Program-made: the position numbers and the translations under genes
Shown here: positions 17,261 through 25,965 of the stretch, one piece after another
Layout of the letters: the number at the start of each line of letters is the position of its first letter
Numbering within the stretch: position 1 is the first letter of the stretch
Notes under the pieces: generated by a model
The model's input: the letters and a program-made list of their open reading frames with translations, nothing else
What the model was told of the DNA's origin: nothing
Databases searched by the model: none
Source: a virus
Lineage: Duplodnaviria; Caudoviricetes
Reading direction: 5' to 3' (one strand)
Length of the DNA: 64,000 nt
IMG/VR virus record: IMGVR_UViG_3300025066_000007

Positions 17261-17773
17261 TTAAGCAATTTTACTCATAGTAGAAAGAACCATGTCCGCA
17301 GCAAACTGATCCCCAGAATCGCTTAACTCTTTTGCCATTTTGCTCAAAGAGTCAGTTATCTCGGTCTTTTTCGCTGCTTCTTTTTTGAAGTCTCCAATTA
17401 TGCTCTTTGCAGTAGCCTCTACTACATCCGCAGCAAAAGACTCTCCCTTATTACTTAGATCTTTAGAAATCTTCTTGAGACCATCGATAATATGTTTTGC
17501 TCTTGCAGTCAGAACTAAGCCTTCACTTGCGTAAGAGTCTAGTCCTGAAACATCAATTAAATCGGAAGCATAATGCTCCCTCTCTTCTTCGGAGTCCAAA
17601 ATTAGGTCTTCTAGCTCAGAATCTGAAACAACATTTTCAGCTTCCGCAGGAGCCTCCTCCAAGGAAGCCGTCTTAACAACGGCTTCCTTGGCTGGAGTGC
17701 GCGGTGCGGCGCCCTTCAATAGCCCTGCAAATTCCTGAGCAATATTATCTCCATTCTTTTTTAGGCTATACAT
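17261..17773 (-). CDS. Putative internal head protein carrying two copies of the shared helical tag
   Basis: LKKISKDLSNKGESFAADVV and LSKMAKELSDSGDQFAADMV; VVKTAS, FKKEAA and MSKIA motifs. Confidence 0.65.
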   Translation of the reverse strand: MYSLKKNGDNIAQEFAGLLKGAAPRTPAKEAVVKTASLEEAPAEAENVVSDSELEDLILDSEEEREHYASDLIDVSGLDSYASEGLVLTARAKHIIDGLKKISKDLSNKGESFAADVVEATAKSIIGDFKKEAAKKTEITDSLSKMAKELSDSGDQFAADMVLSTMSKIA

Positions 17774-17782
17774 GACTTCTCC

Positions 17783-20700
17783 TTACTCGTCCCAGAGTGA
17801 AGATAGGGAATCGGCAGACATAGGCCCCGGCACGCTTGCAGTGTTATCTTCAGTTTTAACGCCAATATTTAGGCCGCCGAGATCAGATGCAATCTTAACT
17901 GTCCCAACTGAGCGTGCGCTTGCAATGCTCCTCTTAAACGCCTCAAAGGCATTGTTGTCGAAAGACATGATCTCATCTACCTGTCGGTCCAAAGAAGCCT
18001 TAGATGACGGCAACAGACCCTTGGTTTGCATTTCTAGACCAACATCATACGCTCTACGAAGCTTGATTCGATATTCTTCCCTAGCTTCATTTGCACGCTT
18101 CTCTTCCATCTTACTCGCAAGCGCAGCCTTTAGTGCTCCACTCTTATCGGAAGCCTCAACTTCTAGATCATCCTCAGCTTCGTTAACAACCGCATCAGCA
18201 GCTTCGTTAACAACCGCATCGTCAGCTTCGTTAACAACCGCATCAGCAGCTTCGTTAACAACCGCATCGTCAGCGCAGGATTCTGCTCCCATTTCGTCAG
18301 AGTCTTCGTCCATTGCTTTCTTATTTAGCTTGTCGGCTGCGAATCTACTTTCCGCTTGCTTTAGGATGGCTTCCCGGCGATCCCTTCTTAGCTGCATAGC
18401 CGCAGTAACCAGCTCTTCTGTGCCATCATCCGCGAGGTCTTCCATTGGTTCTTCCGCTGCTGGATCATCCATAAGGTCATCAGCAAGATTAACAGTTGAA
18501 TCCACAGCCATATCCTCTGTCGGAGCGAAATCTTCTGCCATATCCATTGCAAGTCGAACAATTGCCTTCGCCTCACCGGTCGCCCTATCAGCGTCCTTAA
18601 TCGCATCACTTGCAAGCTTTCTAAACTCAATTTTCTGAGCAGAGGATAGCTTGCTAATATTATCAAAGGTTTCTGCCACCATAGAGAGCTCATCTGCAGA
18701 TCCATCAAGACGCTCGAAGGCCGTCTTCAGATTGGTAAGCATCTTAGATGATAGTGCTGTCATTTCTGCATCAGCACCCTCTGCAGCAGCGCCTTCTTCT
18801 CCGGTAAAGACATTGACGTCTACATCTGCAGTCCTTCCATCCTCAAGCTCGCTAACAAGATCTCTGACCTCATCGATTAGCTGCTCCATTTCAGCCAGCC
18901 TATTGTCGACTGCAGTTCCGGGCTCTTCCGGCTCTTCGTCCATCGGCATTTCAGCGTCTAGCTCCATCGGCATTTCGTCTTCCATCGGCATTTCTGCTTC
19001 CATCGGCATTTCTGCTTCCATTGGAGGCATAGCAGCCTCCTCCGGTGCAGCAGGCAACTCCTGAGCAGTCTTAAGCAAGCTGGTAACATGAGTTAATCCA
19101 GCAATGCGAATTTGAGAACAAACCTCGCGACCGTAATCACGGCTCTTTAGCCACTCCCAGTTATCCTCTAGGCTGGGCCCAAAGATCTCTTGGCCAGTAG
19201 CCGCGATCACCCTCTTGTCTCCAGCAAAAACCTCTAGGAGACTCGCCTTCTTGTCTACGGCTCCATTGAGAGCTCTTTTCACAGAGAATCTTGTGCTTAG
19301 CCCGGGGCCATTGTAAGCTGCTCGGCTCATCTTCTCTTTGACCTCCTTGTCGCCAGGGAACATGCCGGAATCTCCACCCATGCTTCCTGTCTGTAGCATG
19401 TGCTTGTCATCGCCATAAGTTTGCGGCTCACTCTTGTAGGTGTTGGGCTCAGCGCCTTCGGATCCGCCTTGCATGTAAGCCAAACGCTTTAGCTTACGCT
19501 CTTGGAGTTGAGCTCGACTCAGCTTCTCCTTTGTCTCCTTGTCGCCAGGGAACATGCCGGAATCTCCGCCCATGCTTCCTGTCTGTAGCATTTGCTTATC
19601 TTTGCTCTGCGCATCGGTAGGCTCACTCTTAAATGTGTTAGGCTCCGCACCCTCTGAGCCGCCCTGCATGTAAGCAATTCTACGGCGTAGCTCAGCTCTC
19701 TTCCTCAATCTTGACTCGTTCATAATATCCTCCACTATTGAATTAATTGAAAAGTCGTTAACAAAATCGCTGCTATCACCATTATTGGCAGTTTTAACGT
19801 GTTGATCTTGCTTACTGCTAATTACCGAAACAGCGGGCTCTCCACTGGCCGGAAAACTTAAAATATCATCCTCATCACCAGCGAAGTCAGGCTGGTCCCC
19901 TGTATCTCCGCCGCCAAGAAGTCCTATTCTAGATGTTGCAGCGCTTTGCTCTGCAACATCGCCTGGACCTCTTCCGTCTGAGTTTTCATAAGATGAAAAC
20001 TCCTCTCTGTTTGTGCCAGAGAGATCTGGTCGGAATTTCTCTTCCAGCTCCCCCATAAGCATCTTGATGACTCTCTTGACATCATCATTGACATTTGGAT
20101 CTCCCAAAAGACTAGCCGCATCGGGCATTGTCTTTAGGGTTTCTGCTATGTTTCTTGCCTCTTCTGATTCGTCAGTAAATGAAGTCTTTAAAAGACCATT
20201 ATTTTCTAGAAAACTTCTTACAATACGGTCTCTATCATCTACGGAGCAGCTATTATCTCCGCAGGCAGTTTTCATTATGCCATCCAAATGTTCCGCTTGC
20301 TTAAGGCTAAGCCTTCCTAACATTTCAGAAACATTGTCTACACCATAATTTGTAAATTCTTTTTTGTATTCCTGCAAGGAGGCTATACACTTTAGAAGGA
20401 CTGCTCCAGGCTCTGCAGGCTGAACCACTAGGCTGTACTCAATTGGCTTGAGCCCAACATTGACCTCTCCATGAGCAGCCCTGCTTGAGATGCACTTGCA
20501 GTATTCATTTTGATTTGTTGCTTTGTTTTGGCAATCTGAGCAGATAGAGGTTTCTACTGCTGTACCCATTGATCCGTATCGAACCATTCCGGTTTCAACC
20601 TTCCTGGCAAGGTCTGGATAGTTGACCTTATCAAGGGCGCAGAGTCCAACGACCTGCTTAAACTTCTCATCGTAATGGGTATCTAGAATGATTCCTCGTA

Positions 20701-21097
20701 TTCCGTCTACAGAGCTTGATTCGTGGTCTCTACAAAGCGGGAGGCCTATCCATTTTGATGTAGCCTTTTTTAGCTCAGATTCGGGGAATATATCGGAATT
20801 ATTATTTTTGTGAGCAGGAACATTGCCATGCCACTTCCAGTTTTGATCGAAAAAGCCCCAGGCGTCTTCCTTTCCTACTTTCTTTATCTTTCCCTCTCCG
20901 TCTATAAGGGCTGACTCTGCGGCCTTTAAAAAAATGATCGAAAAATATAGAAAGTCGTCAGACTTGGGAGCAATATTACGAAGGCTTTTTGCCAACTTTG
21001 TAAATCGTTTTACGATAACAGGATTTGCACATACGGCCTCGTGCGTATGTGTCTCTATATCGTAATTATTTGGAGAAAAGCATATCTTCTTTATCAT
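17783..21097 (-). CDS. Prohead (maturation) protease - scaffold fusion
   Basis: N-terminal HK97-gp4/assemblin-like domain: HKNNNSDIFPESEL, LCRDH (His, 20723..20725), RYGSMG (Ser, 20570..20572). Followed by ~850 aa of acidic low-complexity/coiled-coil scaffold. Located between portal and MCP. Confidence 0.85.
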   Translation of the reverse strand: MIKKICFSPNNYDIETHTHEAVCANPVIVKRFTKLAKSLRNIAPKSDDFLYFSIIFLKAAESALIDGEGKIKKVGKEDAWGFFDQNWKWHGNVPAHKNNNSDIFPESELKKATSKWIGLPLCRDHESSSVDGIRGIILDTHYDEKFKQVVGLCALDKVNYPDLARKVETGMVRYGSMGTAVETSICSDCQNKATNQNEYCKCISSRAAHGEVNVGLKPIEYSLVVQPAEPGAVLLKCIASLQEYKKEFTNYGVDNVSEMLGRLSLKQAEHLDGIMKTACGDNSCSVDDRDRIVRSFLENNGLLKTSFTDESEEARNIAETLKTMPDAASLLGDPNVNDDVKRVIKMLMGELEEKFRPDLSGTNREEFSSYENSDGRGPGDVAEQSAATSRIGLLGGGDTGDQPDFAGDEDDILSFPASGEPAVSVISSKQDQHVKTANNGDSSDFVNDFSINSIVEDIMNESRLRKRAELRRRIAYMQGGSEGAEPNTFKSEPTDAQSKDKQMLQTGSMGGDSGMFPGDKETKEKLSRAQLQERKLKRLAYMQGGSEGAEPNTYKSEPQTYGDDKHMLQTGSMGGDSGMFPGDKEVKEKMSRAAYNGPGLSTRFSVKRALNGAVDKKASLLEVFAGDKRVIAATGQEIFGPSLEDNWEWLKSRDYGREVCSQIRIAGLTHVTSLLKTAQELPAAPEEAAMPPMEAEMPMEAEMPMEDEMPMELDAEMPMDEEPEEPGTAVDNRLAEMEQLIDEVRDLVSELEDGRTADVDVNVFTGEEGAAAEGADAEMTALSSKMLTNLKTAFERLDGSADELSMVAETFDNISKLSSAQKIEFRKLASDAIKDADRATGEAKAIVRLAMDMAEDFAPTEDMAVDSTVNLADDLMDDPAAEEPMEDLADDGTEELVTAAMQLRRDRREAILKQAESRFAADKLNKKAMDEDSDEMGAESCADDAVVNEAADAVVNEADDAVVNEAADAVVNEAEDDLEVEASDKSGALKAALASKMEEKRANEAREEYRIKLRRAYDVGLEMQTKGLLPSSKASLDRQVDEIMSFDNNAFEAFKRSIASARSVGTVKIASDLGGLNIGVKTEDNTASVPGPMSADSLSSLWDE
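18177..18272 (-). repeat. Four 24-bp in-frame repeats (DAVVNEA[AD])
   Basis: gcttcgttaacaaccgcatc(agca/gtca) x4, alternating variants. Confidence 0.9.
18940..19030 (-). repeat. EMPME[AD] 18-bp in-frame repeats in the scaffold
   Basis: MPPMEAEMPMEAEMPMEDEMPMELDAEMPMDEE. Confidence 0.8.
19321..19675 (-). repeat. 195-bp (65-aa) tandem duplication within the scaffold
   Basis: AYMQGGSEGAEPNT[FY]KSEP...MLQTGSMGGDSGMFPGDKE[TV]KEK[LM]SRA starts at 19675 and 19480. Confidence 0.9.
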
Positions 21098-21183
21098 AAA
21101 AAACCTTATAAGAATTAATCAAGTATTTATACAAATATTAGTTTTATGACTTTTTGTGTAATATTTTTTTGAATAACATATTT

Positions 21184-21369
21184 TTATTCGGCTTCATCAT
21201 CATCTAGGTAGGTATTTAGAATCTCAATTCTTCTATCATCCACATCTTTGCTGTCACTTTTCTTATATAAATTGATAGTATCGAAGTCTTCATTGAGCTC
21301 ACTACTATATCCATCCTTAGATGTTTTCACTATGATTTTCTTTGTTTTATCACTAAATTTTATAAACAT
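21184..21369 (-). CDS. Small hypothetical protein
   Basis: 61-aa ORF starting 9 nt after the stop of 21378..23654; IIVKTS motif. Confidence 0.5.
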   Translation of the reverse strand: MFIKFSDKTKKIIVKTSKDGYSSELNEDFDTINLYKKSDSKDVDDRRIEILNTYLDDDEAE

Positions 21370-21377
21370 ATTTGCGC

Positions 21378-23654
21378 CTAATTGGATAGTATTATCATAC
21401 CCAAAATGTTTTTCGTTATGTACTCTTTTGCTCTATCGAGAATAGTCCTTAGATCTTTTAGAGCTATAACGGTAATGCCAGTATTGGAGTCTAGAGTTTG
21501 TACGAAGTCTGGAGAGCCAAGATTGTCTGAGAGATCAAAGACATCCTTTATAGAGTCTGAAAATGATTTCGAAGACCCAGCGATACTACTTATTATCTCC
21601 TCAGTTGTAGAAGCGTCTTGTATCTCGTTCAGGATTCTAATTCCCTCCTGAATGTTGAGAAGGCATTTCTTCGCAATTTTAGAATTACGTTTGCAGGACT
21701 CTCTGTACTCACCCTTGCTATTCTTGATTACGCCCGGCTTATCAGCCAGCTGCTGATAAACAGAAACATTTTGATTAAGATTATCAGCAAGCTCCGTGCA
21801 AGAGTCTTTTGCCCTACTGAAATATCTTGCTGCCTTTTTTGCAACTTCTTTTGTGTGATCAGAAACTGGAGCTCCAGCCGCCTTGGAGAGCTCCCCAGCC
21901 CTCAGGAGAGTGCTGCAATTAGGATATCTGCTCGCTAGTGCGCTTAGACAGTTATTATCATCAAAATTTCGAGGAACTCTTATGAAGTCCGCATTCAAGG
22001 AAAAGCTTTCATCTTGGGTAATTCCTCTTATTTTTGCATTTAAAAGCTCTGTTGCTAACTTGATATTTAGATCGCCTCTATATATAAAGGAGATCTTGCT
22101 TAAAATATTAGACGAATCTTTATAGATGCGCTTCAAATATAGATCCTCATGTTCGTTAGCATTAATGCTTCGAGCATATTTTAGAGCATCAAGGGCATAT
22201 TTTCTGTTAATTTTTCCAAAGAAACCATTTTCGATAAGAGCTTCTTCTGAAACTCTTATAAAGTCCCCCTTTGTAGAAAATGTCTCTCCGAATAGACTTA
22301 CCGCAATTTTAGTAAGATCGCTAGTCTCTTCCCGTCTATATAGGCTTGCCTCTTTTGAGTCAAAGATGAAATTCAAATCATAACAAATGACTTTAGTTTT
22401 TTCTACATTGTAATTCTTAGCGTTTTTAATAAGAGATGTTGCTGTTGTATTTTCTGAATTTTTCAAATATAAATTGAAGTTATAAAGGTTATAAAAAGAG
22501 TTCTCTGCATAAGAGGACTCTTTGTAAATACATCTATCTAGCCCTGCCGCCTCTAGTATTCGAGATTCTTTCTTAAAAGTTTCAGAGATCTGCTCTCCAT
22601 AATTTAAGAATAATTTCTCTCCAATCTCGATGCCTATCTCTTTGGCTGCTCCGGCAGAAAGTTCCAAAACTGTCTTTGTATTGGCCGATCCAAATATCTC
22701 TAGAGATCCAGGCTCTATATTTCTGCAGAGCTTAACAACAGTGTCATTTTCATCTAGAAAAGCAACATCAATAGGAAAGTTGACAGTTCCCATGTGAAAC
22801 ATCACGTCTGTAGGCCTGCTGTACTTAAAGATCAACCCGCATCTATCTAAGAGGCCCGAGTAGGCCTGCAGGCCTATTGTTCGCTCCATATGGGTATCTG
22901 CAACGTCACATTCAAATATGGATAATTCCTTCTTGTCTAAATTGTAATATCGAATAACTGCAATTTTGTTTAAATCATTTTTCTTTATTAAAAACTTCGT
23001 AGTTTCGCCCGAATGCTTTTTGATAATTTCAAAATTACACTTTTTAACTATAGTCTCAAGATCAAAAGAGCCATTAGAGACAATGAGGCCATACGCCATA
23101 GGCCTCATCTGGCTGTAAATGTTTCTCAAAGATATTTCGGCAACCTCTGCGTTATCGAAGGATGATTCGGACAAAACTCCATCCAGCTTATATCTTCCCT
23201 TATAAAACATTGGATCGCTAGCTTCTACAGGAAAGCTTAAGAGATTAACTCCATGAGGATAAGCATCTTTCTGTAAAGAAACTACGTTATGACCTCTAGC
23301 CGCCAATGAGTTAAGGGCCGGAATGCTTTGTCTTCCTATTCCAAGAATATTAGAGCCCTTTCTCATTAAAGAGCAGAAGGCACTTGCTAAGACATCTAGG
23401 TCTTCATCCTCTTTATCATCGGCCTCCATATCATCTGCGGAATCCTGAAGAGGAGAGAGCATGCCCTCTGAATACGAAGTTGGAACCTGATGTTCTGGGC
23501 CGGAGCTTTTTTGATGGTCTAATAAACCGTAATTCTGCGTAGAAAAGTCTCCGAAATCATTAGGCCCTTCGATATCTGAGTAATCCCCCTTGGGAGACAT
23601 CGAGCCCATTTCCGCTTCTGCACTTCCTGTATATGGCCAAGATACTTTGTTCAT
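21378..23654 (-). CDS. Multidomain protein: acidic N-terminus, degenerate class I methyltransferase-like fold, DUF192 domain, helical C-terminus
   Basis: DUF192 signature VADTHMERTIGL...GLIFKY...FHMGTVNFPIDVAFLD...VLELSAG (~22610..22916); GSNILGIG...LDGVLS...SLRNIYSQMRP MTase-like pattern upstream. Confidence 0.65.
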   Translation of the reverse strand: MNKVSWPYTGSAEAEMGSMSPKGDYSDIEGPNDFGDFSTQNYGLLDHQKSSGPEHQVPTSYSEGMLSPLQDSADDMEADDKEDEDLDVLASAFCSLMRKGSNILGIGRQSIPALNSLAARGHNVVSLQKDAYPHGVNLLSFPVEASDPMFYKGRYKLDGVLSESSFDNAEVAEISLRNIYSQMRPMAYGLIVSNGSFDLETIVKKCNFEIIKKHSGETTKFLIKKNDLNKIAVIRYYNLDKKELSIFECDVADTHMERTIGLQAYSGLLDRCGLIFKYSRPTDVMFHMGTVNFPIDVAFLDENDTVVKLCRNIEPGSLEIFGSANTKTVLELSAGAAKEIGIEIGEKLFLNYGEQISETFKKESRILEAAGLDRCIYKESSYAENSFYNLYNFNLYLKNSENTTATSLIKNAKNYNVEKTKVICYDLNFIFDSKEASLYRREETSDLTKIAVSLFGETFSTKGDFIRVSEEALIENGFFGKINRKYALDALKYARSINANEHEDLYLKRIYKDSSNILSKISFIYRGDLNIKLATELLNAKIRGITQDESFSLNADFIRVPRNFDDNNCLSALASRYPNCSTLLRAGELSKAAGAPVSDHTKEVAKKAARYFSRAKDSCTELADNLNQNVSVYQQLADKPGVIKNSKGEYRESCKRNSKIAKKCLLNIQEGIRILNEIQDASTTEEIISSIAGSSKSFSDSIKDVFDLSDNLGSPDFVQTLDSNTGITVIALKDLRTILDRAKEYITKNILGMIILSN

Positions 23655-23693
23655 TATAAATCCTATATATTTTACTGTTTAAAATAGCAGATT

Positions 23694-24020
23694 CTATAAT
23701 CTGGAAGATAATTCACTTAAAACGATATTTATGAAATAAGGATCCTTACTATTCAACACATTCTTAATAAGACCCAAGCTGACGCCGATAGAAGCTCCGC
23801 CTGGACTCTTCTTGTTGGAAAGTTCCATTCTATTAAATTCAGAAATTTTATTTTTAATATTGTGAAAAGACTTTCCTCTAGACTCTGGGGCCATGCCGCT
23901 AATCATTATCTTAATGATGTTATGAAGTTGCTCTGCAACATATACCGCATTCTGTTCTAGCATTTGCGCTTCCTTAATAAGCTCGGGGTCGCTCAACTGT
24001 CTTGCGCTATACTCAAACAT
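23694..24020 (-). CDS. Hypothetical head-module protein
   Basis: 108-aa coupled ORF; LIKEAQ motif. Confidence 0.65.
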   Translation of the reverse strand: MFEYSARQLSDPELIKEAQMLEQNAVYVAEQLHNIIKIMISGMAPESRGKSFHNIKNKISEFNRMELSNKKSPGGASIGVSLGLIKNVLNSKDPYFINIVLSELSSRL

Positions 24021-24579
24021 GACCTACCACCATCTGTGCGACTACATGATATGCGGCATTATGAGCTTCTGATTCGGACCCTCCATCTTCCACAGACTCT
24101 ATTAACAAAGAGTTATATTCTTTTACAATCGACTTTATAAGAGATTGTTTTCCCATAATGTCAGAATTATTGATTTTTATAAGCAGATCTTTCAGAAGAA
24201 CTTGGTAGTCTAAATTTTTTTGTTGTGCTATTTTCTGAATTAAAAAATCTGCAAAGTTAGAATACCTGTATTCCTCCTGCTTGTCCATTCCATCAGAAAG
24301 ATCTATTAGAAGAGCTAGGAGCTTATCATACTCTAAGTCATGTGTTTTTCGTTTTTTCTTTGGAAATTCTTCACGATCTTCGGCCTCTGAATGAGTTGCA
24401 GGCATTACTGACTCTCCTGGCATGACCAAGCCTCTTCCTACTCCATTTCCAGCATCTCCAGAGAGCCCTTCTTCGCCAGACGCTTGCCCTGGCAAATTTA
24501 AATTGAATTCGGTATTCAATCTTTCCAATCGCTTATTTCTATAAGATTTTTTATCCATTTTATTTTTTAACTTTGCCAA
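24013..24579 (-). CDS. Hypothetical head-module protein with tag-like segment
   Basis: LIDLSDGMDKQEEYRYSNFADFLIQKIAQ. Confidence 0.65.
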   Translation of the reverse strand: MAKLKNKMDKKSYRNKRLERLNTEFNLNLPGQASGEEGLSGDAGNGVGRGLVMPGESVMPATHSEAEDREEFPKKKRKTHDLEYDKLLALLIDLSDGMDKQEEYRYSNFADFLIQKIAQQKNLDYQVLLKDLLIKINNSDIMGKQSLIKSIVKEYNSLLIESVEDGGSESEAHNAAYHVVAQMVVGHV

Positions 24580-25963
24580 ATCCCTTTGACGTCACTTTTG
24601 AGGCGAGAGATTTGGCCTTCATTTTCTTGGGCCTAAATCTCTTTCCTTTGGAATCTGTTAGATATCCTGTGCCCGCAACTAAATCAGTTGGGGTAAACGA
24701 AATCTTCTCACCGCTTGGAGAACTAGCTTCATATAGTGGCGATGTTGTTGCATAAGAAAGCTTTTTGAGCTGATCTGTCTTGCTTGCAGTAACTTCTTCC
24801 TCCATATGTGCGCTACTACCACTTCTTTCAACTTTAAAAATAAACTGAGAGCCTGCTTTTCGCGCCTGAGCAACCGCTCTTGCTCTGACTATAACTTTGA
24901 CTATATTAATCTTGCCATACTCTGTTATAGCAGAAGAATAGCTTCCCCTATCTTCTAATGCTGAAGAAATTTTTATCTGCCTACTATTAAGAAGTGATTC
25001 CAATATTTCTTTGGAGTCAAATCCTCCCACATCTCTGTTAAACTCAATCCCAAAAACAAGATCTTCTAATAAAGGGTCCGCCACTCTATGAGGGCTTTCT
25101 GGCAGCCCTCCGTCCTCCTGACTAAAGCCTTGAAAGGGGATAATCTGTCTGATGCGCAGACTCTCTATGTCAAGAGGAAGGGTTGTCGTGGGCGCTTCGG
25201 GATTTTTTCCCTTTTTTCTAGCCTTATCCTTCTTTTCTGTTTGTGAAACTTGAGGCTTAAAGTTGATACGAGCAGGCTCATAGGCATCTAAGAATGACTT
25301 CAAGCTTACTATTGAGTAATAAAGCCTAGATAAACTTTCGTCATTATCTTTTTCTTTATGCTCATTGAAACTTTCTTTTAAGGCTTGGAATAAGCTTACT
25401 AAATGGGGAATCATTTCTTTCGTAATGATATAAGCTGGACTATTTTTTCTCAAAAACGATATTTTGTTTTTAGACAAAATTAATCGACTAATCATATCGC
25501 TATGTGCGTCATGAACGTTCTCATCAGAAAGTCTATCTTTTTCAGATTCCTTTTGGAATCTATAGAGCGGATCAAATCTTCCAACGTAAATAGTTCTAGC
25601 TTCCGTCATAATTTTTCGGAATTCTTCTTTGGCTTTTTTGTTATATTCGCTGTTGTATTCTACTCCCAGATTTTTCTTTGACTTAATCCTTCCGATCAAA
25701 GGATTGACGGAAGGGCTGCCTCCCGATAGGAGCGACACAAAGGCAGAAGACATTCTATCTGAAACATCTACCTCTTTTGTCCCCAGAAGCCCTTTTCCGC
25801 CAGCCTCCTTTAGGCCAGCCTCAATAAGCATCAAGGCGGTCCGCTTGGCCCTCTCCTCCTTTCTCTTCTCAATCTCATTTGCTTGAGCATCATTTTCCGG
25901 CGAGCTTTCTTCCGAGACTATAGGCGATGGCTCCGGAAGCTCTTCTTCTCCAAGCTTTTTCAT
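24560..25963 (-). CDS. Hypothetical basic protein downstream of portal
   Basis: 467-aa ORF, Lys/Ser-rich, coupled to portal. Confidence 0.65.
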   Translation of the reverse strand: MKKLGEEELPEPSPIVSEESSPENDAQANEIEKRKEERAKRTALMLIEAGLKEAGGKGLLGTKEVDVSDRMSSAFVSLLSGGSPSVNPLIGRIKSKKNLGVEYNSEYNKKAKEEFRKIMTEARTIYVGRFDPLYRFQKESEKDRLSDENVHDAHSDMISRLILSKNKISFLRKNSPAYIITKEMIPHLVSLFQALKESFNEHKEKDNDESLSRLYYSIVSLKSFLDAYEPARINFKPQVSQTEKKDKARKKGKNPEAPTTTLPLDIESLRIRQIIPFQGFSQEDGGLPESPHRVADPLLEDLVFGIEFNRDVGGFDSKEILESLLNSRQIKISSALEDRGSYSSAITEYGKINIVKVIVRARAVAQARKAGSQFIFKVERSGSSAHMEEEVTASKTDQLKKLSYATTSPLYEASSPSGEKISFTPTDLVAGTGYLTDSKGKRFRPKKMKAKSLASKVTSKGFGKVKK

Positions 25964-25965
25964 CT

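Noticed and set aside
17772-19064. Long plus-strand ORFs (17772..18638, 18651..19064) and other shadow ORFs such as 11379..11819, 33191..33592, 53890..54408 and 61001..61357
   Set aside because: Antisense to well-supported genes, Ser/Ala/Leu-rich as expected from reverse-complemented acidic coding sequence, with no RBS or motifs
19321-19675. Template/variable repeat pair of a diversity-generating retroelement
   Set aside because: Differences between copies are not adenine-specific, both copies are in the same ORF in tandem, and no reverse transcriptase is present in the window
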